This document shows, one piece after another, positions 23,672 to 37,798 of a stretch of DNA of 64,000 nucleotides. The notes beneath the pieces were generated by a model that saw only the letters and a list, made by a program, of their open reading frames with translations, was not told the origin of the DNA and did not search any database. Within the stretch, counting starts at the first letter, position 1. Every line of letters starts with the position of its first letter. Both the position numbers and the translations under genes were made by a program. This stretch comes from Geosiphon pyriformis uo1 (Eukaryota > Fungi > Glomeromycota): contig JAAOMT010000372.1 in assembly GCA_016748015.1 (NCBI GenBank), positions 620,001 through 684,000 on the forward strand, given 5' to 3'.

Positions 23672-26600
23672 ATATTGTTAGTGTTAAGAATATTTTCATT
23701 AAGAGATAAGATAGTTGTTTTTAGAGCTCAAAAGCTGGCAACACTGCTAAATTTAATAATATTAACATGAAAAAGGAGTGTTTGATTAAGAAGACTAGTA
23801 TTAACTATGGAAAAAAAAATGTTTTTAATGAAAAAAACACTAATCAAACTTTAAAAAGCTCATAAATTAAAACCAAAAAAGCTTTAGAGAAACTATTAGA
23901 AAAAATCAATTTCTTAAGTAATAATAATAATAATAATATTTTATTACATGCTCTACAGACTTTTTTTTTTTTCTGAAGAATTTATTTAATGTTTCTGTTA
24001 GAAAATTATTTACTTTAGATATTGGTTTAGATAAGATAATTAAAAATTTTTCTCAAGAAAAGCTTGTGATGGTAAAAAAAAATGTTTTTAAAAATCAATA
24101 GTTTTAGAAAGGCTTCTACTTTTTTAAAATTTGCTAGAATTATTAAAGCAACTTTTACTTTCAAATTTAGCTTGGTACAAACAACTAATATAGCAAAGAC
24201 TAAAAATGTTTCTGTAAATACTGATCTTAAAAAATCTGTAGTGTATTTAGATTAGACTGTGATAATAAAAAAAATACTAATTAATACATCAGCTAAAACT
24301 GTGTATATTGTATTATTTGAATTTGGAATAATTAAGTCAATTAAAATACAATTGGTAAGACTTTGGCAGAAGACTATAATCAAATTTAATTAAATAGATT
24401 ATGCTGATTTGGTCGTAACTAAGTGGTCTATCTTAATAGAGAAAGATATTATATGTGTTGTCAGAACTAATAAAGATAAAGAATCATAGAATACAAAAAA
24501 TATTAATAAAGTGCTGTTCTATACTTTGTTTTTGAGAACAAATACACATAATATTTGAGACTTTATTAGATTAGTGAGTGAAAAAATGTGTGTTATCAAC
24601 TATTATTCAGATATATATACTTAAATTAATATGTAATTGTTTGTTTTGATTCTGCTAAGTCATTAGATACTGTCATAAAAATTACACTAGTACTAAAGAA
24701 TGTTAATTTATGCTGGTCTTATTTAGATTTTGCAAAGTGTATTAAATATAAAAAATTGGGCTACACATTATTAAACTGTGTTATAAGTGGAAAAGTTTTT
24801 TCTGGTGGTTTATTTTATAAAGTTTTGTCAGAAGTAGATAAAAGCAAGCTGGCTATCATCTATGCCAAGCATTTAGCATTTGTTATTTACTTTGTTTTTT
24901 TTGGTAGTATTTCTTGAATTAAGATTGTTAGTGAGTTCTTCTTTTCTTTTCTTTTCATAAAAAATGATTTAGTAAATTCTGGCTTCTTTTTGAAAATAAA
25001 GTTTTTTTTGCTTGTGTTTAAAGAATTGAATAATAGGTTTGCTACTTTTGAGCACAGTTTTACTAATCTTATAAAGCAAGTTGGTGAGTTGGCTAAAAAG
25101 TTAAACACACTTGGACCAATAATTTTCCAGTATTGCCCTAAATATTAGTCATGAGTAACTCTTTTATTACAGAATCAAAGAGCAGATATAGTAATAAGTA
25201 AGAGTTTTAATGTAATTACTAATAATAAAATTGTTCTAAAAATGGTGGTTTTTAATTTGTCAATTGTTTCAAAGTTGGAAAAGAATATAAACAGTTTATC
25301 AGTTATGATTTTGAGTCTAATAACCAAAGTAGACAAAGTTAGTTTAAATTCAGATGTCTGCTTTTTCAAATGACCAGTTTAATTTGAAAGATAACTATAT
25401 GCAATGTTAATGGTATAAACAACTCTGCTAAGCAAGATAATATTATCTATTGGCACAGAAATATAAACAATTTAATTTTTATTGTAACTAAAACAAAATT
25501 AAAAAGAAGAGTCTATCCATGAATTGTTAACAAATTTGATAGTATTTGTGTATTTATTTCTGATTTGAACTCTGGTTACTTAAGTTTTGATGTTACAATT
25601 ATTATGAATATTGCTTTGGCAAAGCATGTATACAAAGTCTTTAAGATGGCTGACTGGCTTCTGTTTGTCAAATTGCTTTTTAAAAATAAGCTTTCTGTTT
25701 TAATTTTGGGACTATATATTAGTGCTATACTGGTAACACAGTTGGCTTAGGCTGACAAGGTTAACTTATTAATTGCAAAAACCATAAATAAGTCTTTTTT
25801 TATTATTTTAGGTGGAGATTTTAATGAAAATAATTTCAAAAAATGTGTAAATTTCAGGTTTTGTTTAAGCTTAAGTTGGTCAACTTATTTAATAGATATC
25901 TATTGGTTAAGATCTTCAATTAGAGTGATACAAAAAGAGTCAAAAAAGTTATAAATTATATTTTTATTAATAAGAGTTTGTTATTTGTGGTTGCTAATCA
26001 TAGTGTTAATCTTATTTATGACTTTTTTGATATAGATTACAAGACTGTTTTGGTTTCAATTAATTTAGGTGGTCTTTTAAATGTTTGTTTGAATAGCATA
26101 CACAAGTAAACTAACAAAGATTGGTAGAAATTTAAGATTACTAATACAGATAATACTAAATAAATTTGTTTTAAGAAGTGTTTATTTGTTAAGTTTTTGA
26201 CAATGATAAATAGATTTTTGAAAACAAAAATTAATGAAAACTTGAATACTATGTAAGATTTGCTAAAAGAAATAATAACAGATTCAATTAAAAAAACATT
26301 TTCTAAACATTAATATAATAAAGTCAAATGTGTTTCTAGCAAATAGTTATTTAGATTTTTTAAATTAGAATTGCTGATTGTCAAAGTTGTGAAATCTTTT
26401 AGGTCTGATAATATGTTTCAAACTAACTTTCTGCTTTGTACTTGGTTAATTGTTTATATAGATAAAACTTTTAAAATACAAAGCATAATTCAAGAAGATG
26501 TTAAATCTATGAATGTTTTAAACTATTTGTTTAAGTTTAACAAAAGTTACTGTAAATCCAAAATATATGAGTTCAAAGTTGTTGAAACTGCTACTATAAG

Positions 26601-27348
26601 GCATGCTATTAATAAAAAAATGGAAAATTTTTGCTCAAATAAAGATTACATAATTAGAAGTATATTGGATAAGCCATTTTATAAGATTGTGCTAAATTAT
26701 TTAATAGCTAATAATAAGCTGGTATTAGAACTTAATAATATTAAATCTAAGATTGATGCAGTTATAGAGAGTTGGACCAAAAAATAAATGATTCTTGAAG
26801 CTTTGTCTAAGCTTTGGACTAGTCAATATGCTCTTTTATATTATGTAAAAAACAATGCTTTTTTAAATATTATAAACATTATTAATTTTGAAAAGTTGCT
26901 TCAATTGATCAAAAATTTATTAAATAAGAAGACTGCTAATTTAAGTAACATTTTTAATGAATTATAGAAGCATTGTAACAATAATATTTTCAAATATCTT
27001 TTGGGTTTTTTGAATTCATGTTTAACTTTGAGTACTGTTTCAGTTCTGTAAAAGAAAATATGAGTTTCAATAATACTTAAGCCTTATAAATAGAATAGAA
27101 TTCTAACAAATACTTATTTTATTATACTAATTGAAACAGCTTGGAAGATTTTTTTAAATTAAATCTCTTTTATTTGCAGCAAGTTTGGTGTTTTTTGTAA
27201 GAACAACTTTTCAGTTTTAAGAGATATTTTAACACAATCTCCTATTTTTGCTGTTGGATTAGTGATTAAAAATGTCTTAAAAAAGAATAAAGAGATTTGG
27301 TTGGTTTTGTAAAACATATATAAAACATATAATTTGGTTGGTTAGTAC

Positions 27349-28035
27349 TGTTATGGGTTAAAGTAATAAGTTAATAGATAACAAGAAAAAACAGAATTGT
27401 AGAGTAATAAAAATAATCAAAGAAAGAATTACAATATAAGAGTAAATTGAATAAATAAGAATTCAATGTACATGATTAGTTTCATAAAAATTATAGTCAC
27501 AAATTTTTTCGGAAAATTTAAAAGTAAAAAAATAGTCCATAATTGTTAACAAGATAATACTGCTGCTATTATTTTATGCTTTAACTCAGTAATTTCTAGA
27601 ATTAATAACAAATATTGTTGTGTTTTTTAATTATTTCTTTATTTAATAAATTACAAAAGCAAGCAATTGCTTCTCAGACTAATTCTAACAATACAAATTA
27701 AAAAAGAGAAAAAATAAAGTATGTAAATATCAACAAGTAATCTTTTATTCCAAAATGTTTAGATACTTGAAAGTAAAAAAAAAAATAAGTGATATAAGAA
27801 GAAATAATTAATAGTAGATTTTATTTTATTACTTTAATTATGTCTTTTTACAGCTAAGAAACTTATCACTTATATAGCTATTAAAAGTGATCAACAATTA
27901 AATCAATAATTAAGTTAATAATCAGATTAATAATCAGATCATTAATTACTATCTAAAAATAAAGTGGCTAATTATATAACATTAGTGATTAATACATATA
28001 ATAATTAATAAAAAGTATGAGTTTCAATTATAATA
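27349..28035. mobile_element. Solo LTR (third family) inserted in the LINE RT
   Basis: TGTTATGG...ATAATA (mutated CA) flanked by TSD GTAC (27345-27348 / 28036-28039). The LINE RT frame resumes after it (YLRVSL*QIK). Confidence 0.8.
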
Positions 28036-30999
28036 GTACTATTTAAGAGTGAGTTTATAACAAATCAAGATATATAAAAGGTTTATTAGTTTTTTTGATA
28101 ACATTTATTAAGATAAACTAAATAAAATTATGACAAACTTTGACCTTACAGATGTTTATAAAATGTATGATGAACTTAATTAAAATAAAATATTCTCTTC
28201 TCTTTTTTGAAGAATCTTCTATGACTCTTTTTTGTGTAAAGTTAAAAAACAGGAATATTTGTGTGAATACTAAATTAATACCAAATTTGTGGTTAAGACA
28301 AATAAAATAAAAAACATGAAAGAAATAACTTCATTTTTTGCAGCTAATGTTTTTGTTGATAATACTATTTAGATTAGAAATAGCCAAGCTGCCACTCAGT
28401 ATATATTAAATATTGCCAGTAAATTTTTTTTAATTAATAATATTTCTATTAATAATAACAAAACAATGGCTATTTTTATTAATTAAAAGATCAAAGATGC
28501 TTTTTTAAAAATTAATAGCTTGTCTATTACAATTGCCAAAAATAATGTACTATACAAATATTTGAAAATTTTTTTGTCTACTAATAGAATGTCCAGATCT
28601 AGTTTGATCTGACATTAGATTTTTTTCTAATATGGTATTAAAAAAGGCTATTTTAGATAAGTAGTTTTTGTATTTGGTTTTAGTAGTTTTGCAATCCATT
28701 GTCAGCTATTGTTTATAATTTAACTTTATTTTTCTGGTGGTGTGTTGTTAATAAGATGTTTTGATCAAAAAGAGTCTTAAGCTAAAAGCTAAACTGTTTT
28801 GAGATTTTCCAAATAAGGCATTATATTATCTTTCTTTGTATGATCTAAAAACATTCAAACAAATACAGACAAAAGAAAAGGTTGTTTCTGCTGTAATTTT
28901 TGCAAATGTTTCTGGAATCTTTGGTTAGTTTTTTGAGCACAGGTTTTTGGATCTGCAGATTTTGAACTGGATCTTTTTGAATTCTTTGCAGCATTCTGTG
29001 AAATTGTATATTAATCTCTTTAACAATTTTTTGGCTGGCATAATCTGTATTTTTATGAACAATGGTTTTTTTTTGGCAAATAATTTATCTTGTGTATTCC
29101 ACAATTCTGGCAAGTTTTTTATATCAAGTGTCTTGGAAGTTTCATTGTATTATGAAAAAGTTGATTCCTTAAAAAAATTTGGTGTGATCTTTTGTAACAG
29201 ACTTTTGAATAAAAGAAGTGAAATTATAAATTAGAAAATGTTTTATTATTGAAAGCCATTGGATCCTAAAGAACCAGTGTCTTTTTAGTTTGTTTTGGCA
29301 TCTAAATTTTTGTACAATGCTAAGCTTGTATTAGTCTTTTTTAGTTTGAATTTTATTCTAGAAAACAGTAATGTTTTGTTGTTAAATTAGTTTTTAGTCT
29401 TAAGAGATTGTTTTCTTAAGATTTGGTCAAATAAGTTTAATGTTTACATAAATAGCTTCTTGAAAAGACTGGGTTTTTCTGAAGTAACTGGTAAAACTAC
29501 TGCATATTTTTTGGAAGTTAATTTGGGTTTTAATATTAAAGTTAATAAATTGCTGTTATCAATAATAGCTAAATTACAGACCATTGCTCTTGCTTTAGAA
29601 TGTGTACCATTTTTTTGTACAGTAGTTGTGTACTTGGATAGTTAAACAGCCATAAATGTATATATTTTATAATTAAGTATGTTAGATCTTAATTTTCGAA
29701 ACTGTTATTGTATAGAAAAGAAACATATTGCAAATTTGGTTAGTGGCAAAGATTTTTTAGTGGTTTAGTTAAAAGTTAAGAGACATTTAGGCATTTTGGG
29801 TAATGTATATGTAAATGTTTTGATAAGTAAGACTGCTTATTTTTTTTTGTTGTTGTACAGTAATGTAAATGAACACTTTATTGTGGCTAATAATTTGTTG
29901 ATGTCTGATAATATTCATTACTTTGTTCAAAACATATATAGGTCAATAAATTATGCCTATTGAGAACATAAATCTTGTTTTAGAATATTAGATGTTTTTT
30001 TATTTTACAAGACTAATTGAGTTCAGACTATTGTAGTTTGGTATTCAAATTTGTATATGCTATCAAATTCAAAAAGTAAGACTTTAGTGAATTTATGTAC
30101 ATATTTTATAAAAGCTGTTTATAAAAAGATGTTTGTTGTTATCAAGAAAAGGCTTTATAACAAAAGATATCCAGATGTTTTGTGTTTACAATACAAAAAG
30201 ATTGAATTTTCTAATTATGTATTTACCTGTTTTAAAGAGTCTGATTCTTATAAGATGATTTTAATTAAACAAATCTTGGTTTAGAAATTTTTGACTGGGT
30301 TTTGTATTTTGTTATCTTCTGTAATTATAAAATTTCTTTTCTTTTGTTTATTTAATATTGATCTGTATGTACTTTTTTGCAAAGACTTTATGTTTATGAA
30401 TTGGTATAATAAAACTTTACAAATATTTAAGGACCATAAGAAAACTGTTCAGATTTTAGTTGATTTTGTATACAATTTGGATAAATAACATTATTCTGAT
30501 TTGTGGAAGTTCAAATCTAAATACAAAACAGATATAAAAAAAAATGGTTTGATTAGCAATTTTAAGATGATGTCAGTCGTGTTTCATAATTTGGTGTCAA
30601 ATTTGTCAAATAGGGTGATTTATTTGCTTGGTATTAATGAGTTTTTTGGAATTAGTTTTGGTTTTCATAAACTCTGCTTGTTTTTTCTGGTCTAAATAGT
30701 AAATCAACAGTTTATATAGGAGTTTAGTATTATTTTGATTGGTTTGAATAACTGGTTACATATAATAAGAGTGTAAATTACATTTAGTTAAAGTTTTTAA
30801 TTTTGACTCTGTATATTAGATAGTAATTGGACTGCATTCATAAATAAAATAATAATAATAATAATAATAATAAATTCCAAAAACTATTTAAAAATAAACA
30901 AAAAAAAATTCACAAATAAAACAAAATAAAAGAAAAGTATTTTTGTATTATATATATTTAAATTAAGTAAAAAAAAATTTAAGTAAAACTTAAATTAAT

Positions 31000-31310
31000 T
31001 ATTATTAAAAGAATATTATTTAAACTTTTTCTGCTAAAAAATTAGCTTGATTTAATTTAACAAATTTTATTATAGTTTTCTATTACTATTTAATAAGTTG
31101 TAATTAAATTGACTAAAAATCTTGTTTTTTAAGATTATTATTTATGTTGATTTTTTTAACCAAAACTATAGTCTAATTTAAATTTTTCTCTAAAATAAGA
31201 GTAAATTTAATAATCTTTTTAAATTTTAAAAAAATAATAACTTTTTTAAATTTATTTACTAAAGAAAACAATTTTCTAATAATCTATATTTTTATTATTA
31301 TTAATTTGCT
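31000..31310 (-). mobile_element. LINE ORF1 fragment
   Basis: Aligns by eye to ~3000-3400 (aaattttattatagttttctattactatttaataagttgtaatta). Confidence 0.6.
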
Positions 31311-31928
31311 TTTTAAAATATATAAAAAAAAGAATTTTTTATATAATTTATATTTATGTTTAAATATTTATATATTATAACTTGTAAATAATAATTAAAT
31401 TATATTTAATAAAACATATTAAATAAAAAAATATAATTAATATATTTTTTTATCTGTTTAATTTTAAACAATTTTATAAATATAATTTAATTATTAACTA
31501 TTTTTAAATCTTACATTAAATATGAATTATACTATAAAAAATTGTAAGTAATTACTTAAGCCAATTAAAACTATTTTAAATTAAACAAAAAAAACAAACT
31601 ATGTTTTTATCTTGTTAATACAACACTTTAAATAATTAATATCCTTAATAAATTTACATATTTTTAATTTTACTGTTCTTAATTTTGGAATTTTGAAGAC
31701 TGTTAATCAAATATTTTTTTATTTGCAGAAAAAACCTGTTTTATTATTTATATTTTTCCTATTTGAAGTTTAATACCAAATTTGTTTCTTAGTCTTTAAC
31801 AAAATTCATGGATAAAATTCAAATATTCTCACTAATATGTGGTGGGATTTGAGTTATAGATTTTGGAAAAAATCAATTTCAACAAGCAAATAAAAGAGAA
31901 TATTCTTGGTCCATTGCTGTCTACTTGG

Positions 31929-34900
31929 CTATCTCGCAACAAAAATATCCGAGTAAAATCTAGAAATCAGGGCGATAAAATTAGCTTGAATAAGCTTGCA
32001 AGAGGAATAATTTTTAAGATAGTCTTTTATATATAAAGCGTTCCACTTACTCTGATATATCCATACTAGTTTTGTACCTACCATGCATCTCATCAATAAA
32101 GTTTCGTCGTGCCGCATACCTAAAATAAAAAAGAAATAAGATTATTATTAATCACTAAAAAATGTAATAATCAATAATGTGGTGCAGACATACGGTCTAA
32201 TATGGGATTCTATACATTCCCGACATGCGTGGTGAGCTGATATAGTTGTATTGCGGACCAACATTCCCAGCGCATGTCGGCTCACTATCATCCCGTCCAC
32301 CAGTGGACCAATATGCTAGATATTTTATAGATATTAAGAATGTGATTAAAAAACAGAATAATAAAAGATGTATGCTTAACTTACCAGCGGATTTTCTGTT
32401 AATTTGAATACCGTCCCCCAAGTACTCTTTATTTTTGTTGATTTCTTTTCATTGATATTATTTTGCTGAGGCCCCAAAATTATGATTCTTATCCAATATA
32501 AACCAGTGGCATTTTGCAAAGGATGTACAAATATATACACCATAGCTGACTTTATCTTTTGTAAAATGGTTGGGATCCCCTTTATCTCCTGGATCCATAC
32601 GATACATACATTATCATCCGCAGATATTCGTCGGAATATAGGTGATGTAATTTCTGCGCTATTGCCAGGAGATTTTTGGATAAGATAAGGTACATTGAAT
32701 ATGAGCTCGACATTCCTATCCGCGAAATAAGGTGCAGTTCTGCAAACAGATGGTGTTAATTTGCCTTTGAAGCCTTGATGGGCCTCTATAGCAACCTACG
32801 AAAATTGAGGATGTCAATTAATCAATCACAACCAACATTTGAGCCAAGAACAAAAATTAAAGACGAGAAATAAATTGTTACCGGCCATCCAAGACTATTC
32901 AAGAATTTTTCAAAATCTTCATTTACAGATTCAGGATTTATTATATGTTCATACGGTTCCTCGCCTGTTCGAGCATAAAACACGGAGGCGCTAATACATT
33001 CGCGCCTGGAAAGTTCAAATCGCTTAACTGGAGGTTTCAAAGGTTCATTTGGTAAGATGCAAGTTCTAATATCACTTTTGAGACAACACTTACTCATGCA
33101 ACCGATCAAGATGCTCTAAATCTCTAATAAACTTTTCTGAGATTCTCAATGGGACAACGCGATGGCGATTTTCTAAACTGAGCAGACCCATCTGGGACAT
33201 AAATAGCCGAAATGCCTGTGGACTGATCGCAACATAGAGATCATGTTTTTTTTATCTGGGAAGTAAAGGACTTCTAGCAAACCTTTATCATAAATTTACC
33301 TTTCTAAATTGGCGTTCAATCGAGCCGGTATAGCTTTAAAGCTTTTAAAAAAAAGTTGGATGAATTTGTTGTGGAATGAGATCGAACGAACCCATCAATA
33401 TCTCAAGCTAATTAATAACTCTCTACCTTTGACCACGTTGCCTTCCTGCGATCAAATTTTCTCCATTTTTCTGCTTCTGTGTCAATTTCCTTATAGCATT
33501 ATAAGCTCGCAAACTCTCGCTTCCATCCTTTAAGATCTTGTCCACACTAGGGATATAGACATTCTCGCTAAAAGCGAGCATGTTGGGAGCCATCACAGGG
33601 TCTTTCACTTCTTGGACATCGTGCAGTGAATCTAGAGGACTGTCAGCATGCAGAGATGGGGCTGAAGTATCGAAGTGTATGTTTAAATCAAATTGTTGAG
33701 CAGGACTAGGGACAGAAAGCAGTTGCGGCTGACTAGTATCCGGATTTTGAATATTATAACGCATATGCGATGTCCATGAATATTTTCCAGTGCTATCGCG
33801 GATCACGATGGTAACAGAAGGGGCTCTCACGGAATCATCAGGTTCAAATGAAGTATGGTCAAGTTCTTTGGCTGAAGTAGGTGTTCTCAGGTACTCATTC
33901 GAATTAATGCGTTGTAACTCTAACTTTTTTGGCATTTCAACAAAACCTAAGATTAATCGGCCGTCTATCAAGAAATATCGAACCAACTCGGGTATCGAAA
34001 CACCATCAAATTCGCGTTGATTCCTAATTTGATCCATGGCCAATTGCAAATCGTCCTTGAACAATGTCGATACCCGACTCGGACCAATGTGGTCAGCCCA
34101 TGCTGGAAAATTTCCTAGATGATTGATAATTTGAGTCATAGCAATCTCAGCCGCAATTTTGATGGCAACTTCTTCTCTTTTCCCTTGGTGTAAATTCAAA
34201 TGATTGTGCATAACATTTTCATTGCTCGAGGCAGCACCTCTATTGCCTCTCGGTAGAAATAATTTATTTGGTGTCGTTTCCTTGCGACTCTTTTTCTTGT
34301 CAGACGTTGATGGGGATAGTAATGTGTAATCATCTTCATATAAACCAATAGAAATACCACGACTAATCGTTGCAATCACTGCTTCATGACAATCACGATC
34401 TCCAACTATCCATTGTGCAATAAGAATCCAACGAATCATGCATTCATAAGCACGTTCGATAAGGGGATAATTTATCGTCTGTGTTTTATTGATGATGTTA
34501 GTATAATTGTATTTACTAATAGGAAATGTTTATTCAAACAAGCCTGAAGATAACCACGTACTAATCCTCCATAACCGCCAGCCAGCAAGGTGTCAATATA
34601 ACGCGAAAACGCCAATACCAATTCTCGGGCGCAGTTCTACTTTTAAAGAGACAAAAAACATGTCATTGACAAAAATATACACTAAGAAATGAAATCTAGT
34701 AATTTACTTGCCTTACTATCCCTTTGTATAAAATCGTATAACCCAACAAAATCTTTTAAAACATCGAATGCATACAATGTTACATCCGAAGGAAGCTGCA
34801 TAGTCAGCACCTGATCAAGATAAAATTGATTGGAATTTTCGCATTATAAGGTCATCACCTCTCCACTTGGATAATTGTATAAAGATAGATTTACCTTTTC

Positions 34901-37200
34901 TTGAATAGTTTTGACAACTACTCCAACTAATCCAGGGCAAAAGGCAACGTCTTCCACAACATAAACGTTGATCAAATGAAGCAGATAACGAAGATTGTAA
35001 GAAGATTTCTCAGTTTTCAGTGATGTGAGAAGCAGCTCAAGGATGTAGAATTTTAACTTTAAAAGAAATTTAAACATAATATGTAAATACTCTTTGTGGG
35101 TATAAAATCCACAGTGCTTAAAAAGAAAAGATAATACATACAGCAGTAAATGGTTCAGTGGATGGTTGATTTTGTTTATCATCTCTAAGATCTTCTTCAG
35201 AATATAATACACGGATCTTGAAGAAGAGGTATATTGCTTTAAAATTTTATATGAATTGAAAATATATTCACAAGAATTAGAAATACTATTTAATCGAATA
35301 AAAAGTAAAACTGACCAATTCATTAATAACAACTTCATCTGGGTCGTTAACTAAAGTCTTATCTCCGTTTTGATGTATTCCAAGTGTCCAATTCTCTTTC
35401 AAAGATACTCGCTCAAAATGGTTCGGCAAACACATTATAGTACTAGCTACTTTGATAGCAGCAAGTCGTAAATCTTCAAGAGGTACTACGGTATCAAAAT
35501 TTGATGCTAGCTTTGGTAATATTAATTTTATCCCGACCACAAAATCGGGTACCATCATTCTTACCCCCTCAAGTTCACTAGCGAAAAGGGAGTCAGTGTT
35601 CATAAGGATAGTAGGAAGGCAACTATGTACGCGCAAGCCTTCTGATAGAGCTCGATAGAATTGCGTAATATAAGTGCGTAAAAATTTTTCATGGCGCTGA
35701 GTTGAACAAAATATACGACAGAGAATACCATAGGCGATAGCTCTTCCTTTTTTAATTTCATCATCGTCCTGATTTAAAGCACATGCTTCAAAAAGCCAAG
35801 TGCCAAACATACGTAAAATCGTATTACCATCTGGCATCGTTAACAGAGCTGCCTGGCTGTCACGTGATGACATTTTTTGTTGGACTGGCTGACCTATTAA
35901 TTGAAATGAATCAATCACCCTCCCGATACCCGTTATTGCAAGGGCGAAATTTGAAGGCGGTAAGGCACAAGGATAATCTATGAGGTATATCATTCGATGC
36001 CATGCATAGTAGACAAATTCGGTGGGAAGATCCAGCCCAACATTGTAACCACCGACAGATATACTAACCATATCAGCACCTTCTTTCGGGCCATATAGTA
36101 ATCTAGCAACACGTTGTGCTAATGCTAATGTAGTAGCATTCCATTGATGGATAGCTTGTGAGCGATGAGTCCAGAGGTTGAAACATTTTTTCAAAATATT
36201 CCACATTTCAACATTCTGAATCTTGGATCTTAACCACAGTTCAAATAGCACCCTCAATAAATGTTCGCACAATTCATCTCCCATGCTAGTACCAGAAAAT
36301 CGTTTATCTAAATTACTATTATCTGTTGTTGTAATCGTTGATGGTTCTCTTAACAAACAATCAGTTATTCCCAAGACAACTTTCAAAAGCACTAGCCATG
36401 TATCCTCTGAAAATTGTGGCCCTAAAGTACGCCCAGCCATAGTGAGCACAATTAAAACCCCTTTGCATAATTCAATATGTCGCTGTATATGAGTATAGTT
36501 AGAGGTGGTCTGATTTACTGAGGCAGGAAATCCTGGAGTAGTCGGCGTAGGTACTTGAGCAGCATTGGTGTTAGGGGTACGTGGCTGAAATAGTAAGGAA
36601 TAATGATGAAATATCACCTGTATTTTCCATAAAAGTGTCAATGTTTAATTCAAACTTTAAATTAATTTCTCCAGCTGAGAGTTATATTTCATCTAACCTG
36701 CCAAAATTCCTGCTCTTCAGGTTTTCCCGTTAGATCACGAATTGCAGCAGGTCTGAAATTTGGCTCAAACAACCATTGTGAATATAATTCTTTTGAATTT
36801 GCAGTAATTGCCATTTCCTCTAGAGGTAAAGCAAAACCCTGACCAATAGCTTCCATAACCCACCGTACGTGAGTGGGAGATGATAAAAGATTTGGATCAT
36901 GTGCCTGCAAAAGTGTCTGTGTGATTTCAGAGATAAGGACTTTTCTAACAACCAGAGGAAATTTTCCAAGGACATCGCTTTCTATAAATCGCGGATTTTT
37001 ATGAATAACATTAAACTTTATTCTTCATTAATGATGATGATATTCTAACATTATTTACTTTTCAGCTTTGCTATTATCGGGACCTCCCACCGAATATTTT
37101 GAAAACTGTCCAAAAATAATCGTTTTCAGCTAAAAATATGGTCAAGCATACCAGAATCATGCTGAAGAAGCCCTAAATGAGAGATCCATTTCAAAAACAT
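31929..37200 (-). CDS. RALGAPB: Ral GTPase-activating protein subunit beta homologue (N-terminal RALGAPB region, C-terminal Rap/Ran-GAP domain), multi-exon
   Basis: Spliced N-terminus MFLKWISHL...ESDVLGNFPLVVRK...VRWVMEAIGQGFALPLE...YSQWL parallels animal RALGAPB (MYSEW...VKWTMEVICYGLTLPLD). VYYAWHRM, PDGNTILRMFGTWLFEA and the GAP-domain motif DFEKFLNSLGWPV also match. GT-AG introns. Confidence 0.88.
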
Positions 37201-37798
37201 CGGATAAAATAAATTTTGTAGGTTTTGAAAGTAGAAGGATTTAAGATTCTATAAACTAAAAGGAAAATTTTTAGAGTTCATACTATTGATAGGAAATACC
37301 TAGTTGAAGTTTAAAAATTGGATTCCCGTCTCGAAAAATAAAACATAGGCATTCTAACCACCAATTCGATAGTACGATTAATCGGTGACACCATTTTTAG
37401 GATTAACTATTACTGATTTGGTTCATAGAAACCTGAAGATTGCCACGAAATGTGGCTGCAAAATACCCTAATTACTAGGATAGCGATCGATGTCCATAAT
37501 TTTTGTGATTACCAGAAAATCAAAATTCATCCCCCTAACCCAGTTTGCAGCTCATCAAACGCGGAGCTGAGTGGCTTGCGCTCTGATTTGAGTTGTACGT
37601 AACTTTAATCAAGTTTTACCGTTAGCTGTTAGCGCAAAATCGCCATGAATCATGATGTCAATTTTTCGTAACACGCCCAAAAGGTCTGGCTAATGATTTA
37701 GAAGCTTCATCCCTTTATACACGGTTATACACCTGTCAAACCGTGAAAGTCGAATTTCTTGGGATAAGGCACGAACACTTTCAAGAAGCCTTAGTCAG
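37201..37798. promoter_or_regulatory. Putative bidirectional promoter between RALGAPB and RasGEF-1
   Basis: Divergent start codons ~600 bp apart; CpG-retaining intergenic DNA. Confidence 0.5.

Larger units (their letters stand above)
4600..30873 (+). mobile_element. Full-length degenerate LINE (ORF1 with Zn knuckle; ORF2 APE-RT-RNase H-C-terminal Cys motif; (TAA)n tail), interrupted by Gypsy 1 (4791-23671) and a solo LTR (27349-28035)
   Basis: ORF1 rejoins across the Gypsy (DNVLEN|IVSVKNIF). Knuckle remnant near 24740. ORF2 starts ~25370 (MTSLI*KITICNVNG). RT motifs ~27100-28370 (LVL*NI*KTYNLVG*; FFAANVFVDNTI). RNase H ~29440-29830 (AKLQTIALALECVP...YLDS...KVKRHLGILGN). ORF2 ends ~30726. (AAT)n tail 30847-30873. 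5' end approximate. Confidence 0.85.

Noticed and set aside
25370-30726. In-frame TGA codons in LINE/Gypsy ORFs as evidence of an alternative genetic code
   Set aside because: Trp positions there appear as TGA, TAG and TAA alike and CpG is depleted, as expected from G>A hypermutation, unlike the 51.3-52.4 kb segment.
4581-30883. Possible LINE TSD (taaatttccaaaaa near 4581 vs taaattccaaaaa after the tail)
   Set aside because: Imperfect and low-complexity in very AT-rich DNA, so it cannot be distinguished from chance.
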